NCBI RefSeq assembly: GCF_000143415.4
Contig: NW_003314387.1
Location: 124,001-188,000, forward strand
Length of the DNA stretch: 64,000 bases
Source: Selaginella moellendorffii
Taxonomy: Eukaryota; Plantae; Lycopodiophyta
Direction: 5' to 3'
A program made the translations under genes and the position numbers. Below, one piece after another: positions 24,406-36,404 of the stretch. Numbering within the stretch: the first letter of the stretch is position 1; the number at the start of each line of letters is the position of its first letter. Under the pieces are notes generated by a model that saw nothing but the letters and a program-made list of their open reading frames with translations, was not told where the DNA came from and searched no databases.

Positions 24406-27400
24406 GGAGGGGGTGCTGTCAGGAATCCCCCAATTCTTGCCACATTCCTGACTCTCGCCGGATTCCTGACCTGCAGACCACATTCCTGAATCTCGAGACA
24501 CTTCCCTATTCCTGACTCTCGAGACACTTCCCTATTCCTGACTCTCGAGACACTTCCCGATTCCTGAGTCTCGAGTCACATTCCTGATGATGATGTGGCG
24601 CCTCCTCGACCTCAGCTGTATTTAGGCCGTCCTCGATCCAAGAGTGGTGGAGCTTCATCAACCTATAGTATATATAGGTTAGCCTTGTTCCATTTCTCCA
24701 CAATCTGAATCAACACCAGTCTAAGGCCTCTTCTTTGTTTTCACTAGCTTTTTCTCTTTGTCTTTAGCATTTTCCAGTCTTGATCTTGTTGGGGGTCTTG
24801 ACAGTTTGAGGTTGAGATGTTGGTACTCGTACTATAGCTTGTCTATCAAGAGGTTGTGTACCAATATGAGTTCATCTCATAGTTTTCACTTTAGTTTCAA
24901 CTCAGTGTTGATTATGCATAGCTAGCCTTTTCAAGGCATGCTCAAAGCTAGTGGCTAAATGCATTAATGAGCTTATTACGGTTGAGTTGGATTTGAGTGG
25001 TCATTTAGTTATGTTTGTTCATGAACCTTTATTTTATACTTGAGGTATTACGTTCATGTTGGATGACTATATGACTTAATGATATGAGTTTAGTGTTTGG
25101 GACTTGTGAAGCAAGTTAAAGAATGATTGTTAGTTGCTTTGTGACTAGTGATTACTTGTAAACTTTGTCAAGCACTTGCTTTGCTCGATGATGATTTAGC
25201 AGTGATAGATTTGCTTTACCAGATGGTGTTGCGGAGGATTATGTCATTAGACTTACATGGTTTTTCCATGTTAGTATGTTGACTTTACCTCTATTGATAT
25301 CATTTGGTTGCGTTTATTCCGTAGTGTTAGATTTCATGGAGTCTTGGATGTGGTGATTCACTTCTTGATGATATATTATTTATAGCTGAGTATTGTTGGA
25401 GGATTGGTCTCAAATATTGAGTAAAGTATCTTTGACTTTGGTTAGCTTGGTTGTTAGAGAGTTTTGGGTAGTGATTCACTCTTGCTTTCTTTTATCTTTG
25501 TTTTGGTGTTGATGGTATTGAAGTGATGCCTTGTCACTGACAATATTGATGTTGAGATTTGAGTGAAATGAGATGTCTCTTCTTAAGATTGATATTGAGT
25601 TTCATTAGTCTTGATGAAGATAGTGTTGATGATTTGGCTATAAATTTGTGTTATTGACATTCGTGCATTTGCTAGTTAGCAATAATGTTGGTGTTCAAAT
25701 GAACTGAGTGAAAAGTTGAGTTAGTTGTGTTCTAAATAAGATTGCTTAATAGGGTTTGAGCTTTAGCTTTTCCTTGAAAAGTGATTTAATCATGGATTAT
25801 GCTATCTATATAAAAAGAAGAGTTAGTGATTGATATTGAAATGTTTGAATCCCGGTTGGATTTAAGTTAGGGATATATCAATCATTGATGATTCTTCTTG
25901 TACTTGTTATAAAGTGAGTTATGTCTTGCTATAGATGGATTCATAAAAGATCAATTTAGTGATCACTTGTTGAGTGTAACTTCAATATGCTTAGCTTTTG
26001 GATTGATGCAAATATGCTCTTCATTAGCTTTAGCATTATGAAGTTTGGCTTATAGATATGTTGAGAAGGATATTGTGGGTTGTACCATGATTTCTTCTTT
26101 AGCATTGAAGTCAGGTCATGTAAGATTTGTGATCATTGTTAAGCAAGATTTGGCTATAGGCTTCTTCAAATTTTTGGTTCCTTGAGTTTTTATGCTCATT
26201 ATTCCATTTGTTAGGAGTTGTTGGGGGAAGGCATTCTAACTCATAGCTTCAATGTTGAAGTTAGTAATTGTATCTAGCAACTATTGGTGATGATTGACTA
26301 TCATCTAAAATAATTGATTATCCTTATCAAAGGTTTTGCTTGATTATTGTTGATTTAGAGAGATTTGCTATTTTTCAGGATGGTGGATTCTTTCTTTGAT
26401 GATAATTATACATCTCTCTATTGATGGGATGATTGATGATATTTTATAATGGTTAGTTGTTTTCTTTGATTGCTTATGGCTTTTTGCAATACCACATGTT
26501 CTTTGTGGTTTTTTCTGAATTGGTCTCTTGGGTTTGAGACATCAATAGGATGTTGCTGACATTTGCTTAAGAAACTCTGGTTCCTTCGTATTGTTGACTG
26601 AGATCTAGTCAGATTGACTAGTGCAATACTTGGCATAAACAAGTGTTTGTTGGTCTTACCGCATTCATATTATTCTGTTGATTGTTGCTTGAGTTAGCTT
26701 TGATAGATTCGGATATTTTTTTTTTTGGGTGATACATTTGTGAGCATTTTGGTTGCCAGTCAATGATACTTTGTGTTCTTTGAGTTATCTTTGGTAAGCT
26801 ATTTGGTATACTGTCTGCAATCTTTGGTAGTTCAGTTTTATCATTGAGTTTCCTTGATAATACACTGGCTATTGAATTTTGTTGGATAGTGAATCCTATG
26901 TTTCCAACTATTGTGATCATGGTGGTTCTTTTACTCTAATACTGGTTTATCAGATGCTAACTTACTTGGAATACTTTTGTGTTCTAATCTAAGATTTATT
27001 CACTAATAATTAAGTCTCTTAAATATCATTGTTTCTGACTTTGATATTATCCATCTATTGATCTTTGAATTTGGGCTAGTATAGGCAGACTAGCTTTGGC
27101 ACTTCATATGTAGAGTAAAATCTTTAGTCATGGGGTAGCTACTGTCGACTAATCACATAACCCGGCTCTCTGTTGATGTTCCTTATTCCGTTCAAAGGGT
27201 ATGACTGTGTAAACAACCCTAACTGCCTATTTACAACAGTCTATCTAAACTTTACTGACAGGTTTGGTTTCTTTGCTTATGAGGGTTGGGGCCTCTAACT
27301 TCTCTCTCTATATCCCTACAGGTAGGGGTGTATCACACTTTTGTAAGCTGGGTGACACCTAGAGCAACAAAGGTGGCTGACTCCGTTGGTCATTTCCTTG

Positions 27401-27596
27401 TCGGTGACGGCCGAAAGGTGTCTAAGCTAGTAGTGCATCTGCTTTAGACAAAGAGGTTGCTTCCTAACTCATTTAAATTAGTGTATTTCTCATATAGTGT
27501 GATCACCGTGAATTTTTTCTGGAGTTGTTTCCTTGGCAATGGTCTAGACTGAAGTATGCATCGACGAGGATATCAATCTTCCCTAGAGGGGGAGAG

Positions 27597-28449
27597 TGTT
27601 GCGAATGTGACTTCAGGTATCGAAAGTTACCTGTCGGCCAGTCCTTATAAACACTCTTTCCTTACGGCCACGACGGTAGGAAGTCAGTTTTGCTGGACCC
27701 TTTATCAATCCCTCTTGTGCTAGTGGAGTTAACTAAGCATTTCGAGTGTACTTAGATTGAACAAGCATAAGGATAAAATTCCTACGTATTATTAGCTAAG
27801 CATACTTAGCCCGATAAGGAGTTCCCATTCTGACCCTAAACCCTAAGCCCAAATTCCATTTGACGCTAACGCAAGGATATGGGTACTCCACTAGCTAGGC
27901 CACCAATATGTTAAAATAGTGTAGACTTTGTTTGGCTCTGTTTTGCATGCTTGTCCTAGCATTGGGATACTAGGCACTCTAGGACTATTCCAAGTCCCTC
28001 CATGCTTCTTTTCCTTTGCTCCTTGGGCTGTACATTCGGGAGTTGTTCCGTGCTCTAGTGCTATTGCTCCTTGGCTCCATGCTTGGTAGTTTAGCACCAT
28101 TTCTCCGTCTAGTGGCCTAAGGCCCTAAAACTCAGGTTCCACTTCAGTGTCCTTTGGACACATGGCATGTGACATGTGGCATATGGAGGGTTTAAGTTCC
28201 ACTTCATGGTTATCCTATGGTAAAACACCATAAGATAAAGGGTGAAAACCACGTGTGCTACAATTTGGCACCATTCTTTCATTTATTGGCCCAAGGCCCT
28301 AAAACTCAGAATTTGTACCACTGTCTTTGGACACGTGGCATGTGGCACGTGGCATATGACATATGGCACATAAAGGGTTTGGGTTCTGCTTTGTGGTTAT
28401 CCTATGGTAAATCATATAGGATAAAGGGTAAAAACAACATGCATTATAT
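27597..28449 (+). mobile_element. LTR-B (internally deleted) preceded by a PPT and followed by a degenerate PBS
   Basis: PPT agagggggagag at 27585-27596, start TGTTGCGAATG, and tggtattagag immediately after the LTR end near 28451. Confidence 0.8.
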
Positions 28450-30051
28450 TTGGTATTAGAGAATACATCTCAGTGAGTACTATTCAATGAGATTGGGCAA
28501 CTAGTCTCATTGCATACACAAAGATGAAAATGATGATTTGAGTGGGTACACGTTTAGGTGCAAAGACTTCACATTCATTCCTTAGGTATGGATTTAGTTA
28601 CCTTTTTGTTCCATATTATATGAGCTTGCTCTTGGGCTTATAAGAAGGATTGAGTTGTTCCATTTGCACGAGTTTGTGTTTGGGCTTGTAAGTGAGGCAT
28701 ATTAGCAACTCAATATTACACTTTGAGTTGGTAAGAAGGTATACCATTTTGCACGAGTTTGCGCTTGGGCTCGTGAGTGAGGCATATTAGCAACTCAAGG
28801 TTAGACTTTGAGTTGGCAAGATTAATGTTAGCCTATTGGTGATTCCATGAGTTGTTCCATGTACTATGGGTAAAAATAAACCTCTCTTAGATTTGCTATA
28901 AGTGGCAAATAGGCTAGTCTGTAGTTGTTTAGCATGGCACTAGTAGATCCTTCCTAAACATGATTATAAATGGATCAATCAAGACTGTAGGGATTAATCT
29001 ATTGGTTCAAGTAGTCATTGCCACACTCTCTCATAAATTTTTCTTGGATTGAACTGAAGGCAGTGCGAAAGCAAGCTTGAGGTTTAGTCAAAAGTAGAGT
29101 CAAAAAATAGAGTTATCAGGGATGAAGGATCAAATATGTAAATCATCTTCTCTTTTTGGAAAAATGATTTGTAACGAGGTGTTAACTCATTGCTTGCGTT
29201 CACATTATGCAATCAAGAGTGCCTATCTTGTTGCATATTGGTTATGGTGGTATTACAAATGGTGAGTTATAAGATGGATAGTAGTAAACTATTTTGTCTA
29301 GGCTTGCTATTGAAAACTTGGGTTACAATGCTTAATTATTTTCCGGGGAACCTTACTATTGCTTTTTGAGTAGCTTAGTGTTGAATTAAGTTTTGAGTTT
29401 TGTCAGAAAAAGAGTGACATAAGCTAGTTTGTGTTGTGAACAAAAGTTGGTAATGTTAGTTATAAATCTCTTTTGGTGGAGTGTGGCAATTATGTTACAT
29501 TTTGTCGAATAGAGTTAACATTTGATACTCAAGTAAACTTATTGTAAGTTGTGTTAGAGCTATCCACGGCCTTATCATTTGGCTACTTTGCTGCTCCCTC
29601 CCTTGGAGCTTTCACTTTTGCCAACTTGGAGCATTTGGGAATCTATCCTTGGAAGCCCACTTCCCTTCTCACAATCTGTTAGTATCTAATACATTAATGT
29701 TCCATGCCTAACTTTGCGATTTGGATTTTTTCCAATGAACTCTATAGCCCACATTTAGCCACTAGTCTTTTACTTTTATTCGTTGATTGTTGCACTGAGC
29801 AACATAGGGTCATTACCTCCATTCTCAAAGTATCTTTTTGGTTTTGGCGTTGGATTCAGGTAGAGAGAGTATACTGTGAATGGAGTGATTATTTTTTTGG
29901 ATGATGTGAATAAAATAATTCTTGCAAATAAAACCTCTAGTAGTAACCACAACTAATTTCTTCACTTTTAAAACAATGCCTTTGTTTTGAAAAGTCGTGT
30001 ATTTTCCTTAGAAAGTTATTTGCCGGTCACTTTAGGACGGCCAATTTAGGA

Positions 30052-30412
30052 AAGTATCCCGTTGCGACTGAGCTCACCGCCAATGCAGAGAATGCCAGGC
30101 GAGCTCTCATGTGCTTGTTTGGATGTGACGAGTCAACCGTCACCAAGGAGATCAAGGAGGACCCGGAGACACGCAATCTATATCGTGGCTTCTCCAGGTT
30201 CATGCTCGAGGACTTGTACGAACACAAGAGCTGCAAGAATCTCCCGTCAAAGTCGGCCAAGAAGAAGCTGTGCAGCCAGGTTGCCTTCCTCATGATCCTC
30301 AGGAACCGTGCATACTCGGCCATGGTGGAGTGGCTCTTCCCTTTGCAGCTGCGCATTTCCATCCACCCGCATCCAAACAGAGGTCCCAAGTATGGCATCA
30401 ACATCATCCATT
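30052..30412 (+). pseudogene. Internal fragment of an isocyanide (isonitrile) synthase, Dit1/PvcA family, fungal-like
   Basis: Translates to YPVATELTANAENARRALMCLFG...LYRGFSRFMLEDL...KKKLCSQVAFLMILRNRAYSAMVEWLFPLQLRISIHPHPNRGPKYGI. The YRGFSRFMLEDL and R.SIH.H...PK.GI motifs match, from memory, the C-terminal half of fungal DIT1_PvcA domains. Confidence 0.8.
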
Positions 30413-31309
30413 CCTGGCAAGGGTGTGTCAAAGGCTTTACTTTGCTAAGTCCTAAAGGTGCTTACCACTAGTAAGTTTCTTTAGCATTTTCTACTATAGG
30501 CTCTGTCCACGGCCCAACTTTGCGACCCTCCCATGGGTCTCTCCTAAAGAGTACTTTCTTGGACTTACTATACCATCATTATTAGTCTAATTGATTTCCT
30601 TTTATGTGTTCTTCCCACTTGGTTACCTTGACCAAGCCCCACCATCATCAATAGTTCAAATTAACACTTTGAACTACGAACTTTATTCCTTAACATCACC
30701 AGGACCTTGTCCTTGCTTAGCCATAAGATCACCTAGTGATTTAACCTTGGCACCTTAATAGGTTTGCCAATAGGTATTAGGTCTTCCAGACCTTTAAGTT
30801 GTTCACCATGACCCTGGGGGTATCCCTCACACTTGGCGGTGCACCTAAGCCAGCCCTTCTAGCCAAAGGTCCATAACAACTAAGATTAGGTGTCCCCATC
30901 TCATTCATCACATCCTTGATGCCACTTGCACCAAAGTGTTCGAGTTAGATATCCCAAGCTTTTATACTAAACAATCTAACTGTGTATCATGACTCTGAGG
31001 CATCCCCCACTTGGCGGTGTGCCCAAGCTAGTCTCTTTACTAAAAATCCATGACTACCGAAAAATAAGTGTCCTTATATTCCAAACCATCACCACAACTT
31101 AGTGATTTGGGACTCGAACCCAAGCACTAGAGGGTTGGGACTCAAACCCAACCTCCGTATATGCATCTACGAATAGCATCACCCTAGATGTCTAGCATGA
31201 CTCCCCATGCCGGTGCACCAATTTATACCCAAAGCGTGCTATGGATCATAACTTAGGAACCTAATCCCTCCAAATTGCCAAGTCCTCTCATTTGACAAGT
31301 CACCCACTT

Positions 31310-32490
31310 TAATGGCCATATTGGCTCTAGCCTTCTTCGGGTAGAGATATTCCCTCAAAAAGTGTCCCACTTCACCACAATGCTGCTAACTGACTTGCCC
31401 TTCTTATCCATGGGTTTGTCTCTTTTTGCTTGACTCCTCCACATACTCGCTCGCTAACCACTAGATCTACCTTTTCGGAACCCCGAAGACTCATTCTTAG
31501 AGAAACTCTTCTTGAATTTCCCTTTGCTATATGTTCCCCTTGGTTTGGCCCCTTTGCTAAACATGGACCCTAACCCCGTCGTATTCCCCTTTCGCAGGTT
31601 ATCATTGAAATGCACCTTGATAGCCACATCTAACACTTCTTTGTAATTGGTCGGGTTCTAATGCATCACCTCACCGCGAGCCTAGGTTTGCAAGCCTGAT
31701 ATGAAGGCATGGAACGCATCCATATCACCCATATCCATGACCAATATCCTCTTTGCCATTAATCCATTCACATACTCTTGAATGGTTCCGATCTGCTTCA
31801 GCCTACTCAACTCATCCCTTAGATGCAGAGTAGCATTTGGAGGAACGTATGTCGTGCGGATCCTCGCCTTCATCATTTCCCAAGTGGCCACCAGTCCTTC
31901 GTTGGCCTCTGTCGTTCTCCACCAACACTTGGCATTATTTGCCAAGTATGGTTTTGCACATGGGACCTTCTCCGAGCTCGGTAATTGCAATTCTCAAAAG
32001 TAGTCCTCCATATCATAAAACCAATCCTCCACTGCCTTATAGTTGTTCACTCCCTTGAAGACCAAAGGGGGCTTTGGTTTGTACTTGGGAACTGCCTGAG
32101 GGATTGATTCCACTTCGGTTTGTTTGACCTTGTTTGGTTTTGCCTCAGTCCCTACCGAAAGATCCACACCTTCTACGCTACCAGCATCTGTAGTCTTTTG
32201 CTTTTTCTTCCACTTCTCGTCACGCTTTAGCTTGCATACGAGAGTTTTCAGCAGGGCACTGGTCTGTGCCAATTATCCTTCTAAAACATCCAATCAAGCC
32301 TTGGATGACCAAACCTTGCCACCAGACTCCTGTTTGGAAGTTTCCTCACTGAAGTCCTCCTCATACAAGGATTCCTCATCCATAGCCTCTTGTTTGACTG
32401 GAGGCTCCAGCTCTGGAGCAGATTTTGTCTCTACCTTGGTTCGTTTCCGCCCTACCTTTACCATCTCCCAGCAATCCGCTTCTATCCTTC
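31310..32490 (-). pseudogene. gag: Retrotransposon gag pseudogene
   Basis: ORF pieces 31994-32272, 31682-31990 and 31454-31636 are in frame and separated by stop codons. Confidence 0.85.
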
Positions 32491-33651
32491 GCTAGAACTA
32501 AGGAAAAGGCTCTGATACCAAATTGTAAGCCACAAATTTTTCCTTTCCAATTTGCCAGCTTACCTCATCTATCCGACCAACACTACCTTAGCTTTTGCTA
32601 AGTTCCCTCGCCAAGGTTCCCGCCTATTGTACCAGCTCCTACTTAGTCCTACTTGGTTTTAGCTACTCACTACACGAGCAATGGAGCATTAGCCATCCAT
32701 CCATGGATTCCCAAATCTCTCCCAATCCCCCTCCCCGGGTTAGACTAGACTTAAGGTTCGGCTACACTCCCCGCAGGCACAAGCAGCCAAGCACACCAAG
32801 CCTCCAGGTTCCTAACACCCTTTGGTACAACAAAACTTGATCATGGGACCATCTAAATCCCAAGCCTTGGGTGCAACACTTGCTTCAGGACATCGGGGCG
32901 AAACACCATGGCTTAACGGCCTGGTATGGGTACCTCTACACCCCCACTTCCATCCCGAACGGAAGGCCCAAGCCCCTAGGAAGGGCGAGGACCAATGAGC
33001 CACAAGGTACTCAAGTGGGGCACCACTCCACATGAGCCGGGAGCACCGCAATCAGTTTCCCTTTCGGTTTCCCTTTCAGGAGTGGGAGTTGCTCTTGAGC
33101 ACTTCCTTGGGTGGCCCCTCTGGCACCACCCGAGTCCATGCTCACTCCCACCCAAGGCCCCTTGGCCCTAGTCTCAACCTCAAGTTAGTTTGGAAGCACC
33201 ACTGGAGAGTTCCTTCAAAACTAGTTCCTGGACCTCACTATATTTTGGGAAACCCCCCCCCCCCCCCCCCCCCCCCCGGGAGATGCACATTTTGGGCTTT
33301 CACCCCTTGACCCGTATTAGTACTCGGACTTGGTCTCGGACTCGATCTCGGACCTGACTTTGGACTCGGTCTCGAACTCAGTCTCGAACTCGACTTCGGA
33401 CTCGACCTTAGACTCGGTCTTGGACCCAATTCGGATCTTGGACTCTATCTCAAACTCGGTCTCGAACTCAGTCTTGAATCAGTCTCCAATTTGGCCTTGG
33501 ACTCGATCCTGGACTCTATCTCAAACTCGGTCTCAGAGTTGGTCTTGGACTTGATCTCCGACTCCATCCCATCCGATGAACTCTTTGTCATTTCAGTTAT
33601 GTTTTCGGGGATCCTTTAGCCTACGACACCTCGGGGAGTTGATTCCTTACA

Positions 33652-35021
33652 CACTTGCATCACAGTCCCGTCTCTCCAAGACTGGGCCATCCATCCACAA
33701 GTGATCTTTCCAGATCCACTCCTTAGCATCCTTAAGATGCCCATAGACATGGGGAATAACCTTCCCCAATATCCCTTTGTCAGTTCCTACCAAGTCCCTT
33801 TTCTGTCTATAGCCATGTTCGCCAACACTACCACTAGATCAAGGCTAACAAGCCCGGCCACTAAGTCCCATTGTCCTCTAGGACTTCCTCACCATGTGAC
33901 CGTATCCTTAGTCACTATACTAGAGGACTGCTCCTCCTCCTTTCCCCAGTTTAAGATTTCGGGACAACATTTTGGAACACCGTGGCCCTATGTGGGTACT
34001 CTCCCCACCTTCCACCTTTAAGTGCTCTAGCCATGGGCTTAGAGCAAGGTTCTGTTAAACCACGCCAAGTATCCAAGTAGGTAGTGCTTCCCACACTTGG
34101 ACTGGGAGTATCAGCCATTCGATCTCCCAGGGGAACTAGAGCCAGCTCTTGAATACTTCACTAAGCTACCCCGCTTGTCGATCTGTATTCACTCTAGCCT
34201 TGGACTTCCCAGTGGTTATCCCATCACCCAACATCTAAGTACAGCCTTCCTGGGCCAAATTGGCCTTTCCTAGCCAAACTGGCTCCATTGGAGTCCTCCC
34301 CCTTACTATACTTTTGGAGCTCACCAAACCCCCCAGGGTTTAGGAGATGAACACTTTGGGCTTTCACCCTCTTAGACTTGAACTCAAACTCAGACTCGGA
34401 CTCAGACTCGGACTCGGGCTCGGACTCGGGCTCGGGCTTGGTCTCGGTCTCGGTCCTAGCCTCGGTCTCGGTCTCGGTCCCGATCTTGGTCTCGGTCTCA
34501 GTCCCGGTCTCGGTCTCGGTCTCGACTTTGGACTCTATCTCGGGTCCTTCTCGGACTCCATCTCGGGTTCTATCTCAGGTCCATCTCAAACTCCATCTCG
34601 GATTCCATTTTGGACTCCATCTCAGTCCATCTCGGACTCCATCTCGGGTCCACCATCTCGGACTCCATCTCGGACTCCATCTCGGTCCATCTTGGACTCT
34701 ATCTCGAGTCCATCTCGGACTCCATCTCGGACTCTATCTCAGACTCCATCTCGGACTCCATCTCAGACTCCATCTCGGGTCCATCTCGGACTCTTCCATG
34801 TGTCATATGTTGGTCCTCTTGTGTCTCTTTTCTATAGCCTCACTTATTGTTGGCTTCATATTTGTTCCTCGAGCACTTCATCGGGAGTTCCACTCCCACT
34901 CTTGACCTTTCAAGTCGGAGCTTTTAGTCCAAACATGTTATGCTCATTTGGCTTTCGCTTCAGCCACTACCACGTGGCACCCTTTTGGCTCCACTTTGGG
35001 GCTTAGGATTTGTGTCTTACA
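33652..35021 (-). mobile_element. Partial LTR-A into which the LTR-C element inserted
   Basis: Collinear with 3008-4677 and ends tgtgtcttaca. Confidence 0.88.
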
Positions 35022-36404
35022 TACAATTGTTAACTAGCAAATGCATAAATTCTAATAACACAAAGTTATAGCCTAAATATTAACACCATTTTCATTGAGA
35101 CTAATGAAATACAATATTAATCTTCAATGAGCACAACTAATTATCAACTATCTAAATCATGATAAATGAAAATATCCAACTTTCTAAATATGCTTATGGA
35201 GAAACATCTCATCTCCTTTTAATCTTAATAATCTCCATATTACACTCCTATAATCTTTATTAGCTATCTAGGAATATAGAGACCACTGTCAAGTAGCCAA
35301 AAACACCAAGCCTCTATATTCCTAACATCTTGTGGTCTAGCAAGACTTGTTTATTAGAGCATTGGACTCCCATTTGCTCCAATACCAAATATACCACACT
35401 TTATCTCTCTCTTTTTAAATTAATTTGAAAAGGGGGAATTATTTGATGAATGAGCCTTTAGTGGTTATTTTATCCACATATATCCCCCAAGATTCTACAG
35501 TGATAATATATTTAAATTTTATCCCATGATCACATATATTACACAACTTTTTACTAAAGTTGCTTGTGTAATGAGTATCTTTGAGCTAGAGATTGGATCA
35601 TATACCTCAATTTACACTTTACCCAACTTAATAGTTATATTAATCCTAGCTTTATTCAGGTAGAGACATTCTCTTAAGAAGTGTTTGGACTCCCTACAAT
35701 TGAAACATACATTATTCCCCATATTATTAATGGAGTTGGTTTTCGTATCAAAGGGTTTTTCCCTTTTTGTAGTGCACATAAATTTGGAGCCAAACTCTAA
35801 GCTCATTGCACTACAAAACGAGGGTCTAATACACTCTCAATCCTATGAGAATCAGCTCCCTATATCTAGCATCGAGATGCAAATTGGTGTTAGATAGTGT
35901 TTGGCATGATTTCAGCATATTGGTGGCCTAACATGAGGAGAAGGGTACCCTACCCCACCAACTAGAGTAGTATAGAACTTGGGCTTAAACCCAAGTTAAA
36001 TGTAGAACAAAAAATAATATAATTCAACAAAAGTCAAACTAATGTCTTAGATAGTTAGTTATACATTTCAACCATTATCCCTACTATATATTTAGAATTC
36101 TTCATATCCCCCACCCCGTTCAGGAACACATGCTTTGGGCTTTCACCCCTAGCCACCCTTAGTATTAAGAGTTAGTCTCTAGGATAAGCATGAAAACTTA
36201 TTAAATATAGAATGGTGCTAGATTGTGAATCTGAGAGCAGGAATAATGCCATAGGGTTCAGGACACTCTCTACATTCTATAGATATGCCCTCTTGAACTA
36301 GATTTAAAACGGAACCAACATATAGGACATGATAGTATGGGTGGACACAGTAAGCTACCATATAAAGATATTTGAGAGACTAAACTCAATATTGTGGGGG
36401 TTTC

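Larger units (their letters stand above)
19205..24803 (+). mobile_element. Young full-length Ty3/gypsy chromovirus (Tcn1/Tf1-sushi-like), 5.6 kb
   Basis: LTRs 19205-19590 and 24417-24803 (TGTCA...TGACA) differ by about 1 substitution and 1 indel. TSD GTTTG. PPT gaggaggggg at 24404. Domain order gag, PR, RT, RH, IN, chromodomain. Confidence 0.97.
29550..33651 (-). mobile_element. Truncated LTR retroelement: LTR-C 5' LTR (32524-33651), Met PBS (32509-32520), decayed gag, no recognisable pol
   Basis: gctctgatacca next to TGTAAGCC...CCTTACA. Gag motifs PLVFKG..VEDWF, CWW..TWE..K, LKQ.GTIQEY and a zinc-knuckle remnant CGEVGHFLRE. Confidence 0.85.

Noticed and set aside
24809-27000. T/G-rich decayed region, possibly an old retroelement interior
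   Set aside because: No domain motif could be read with confidence, so it is left unannotated.
27834-27847. Telomere-like CCCTAAACCCTAA
   Set aside because: Under two units and partly explained by LTR-B sequence; not an interstitial telomere array.
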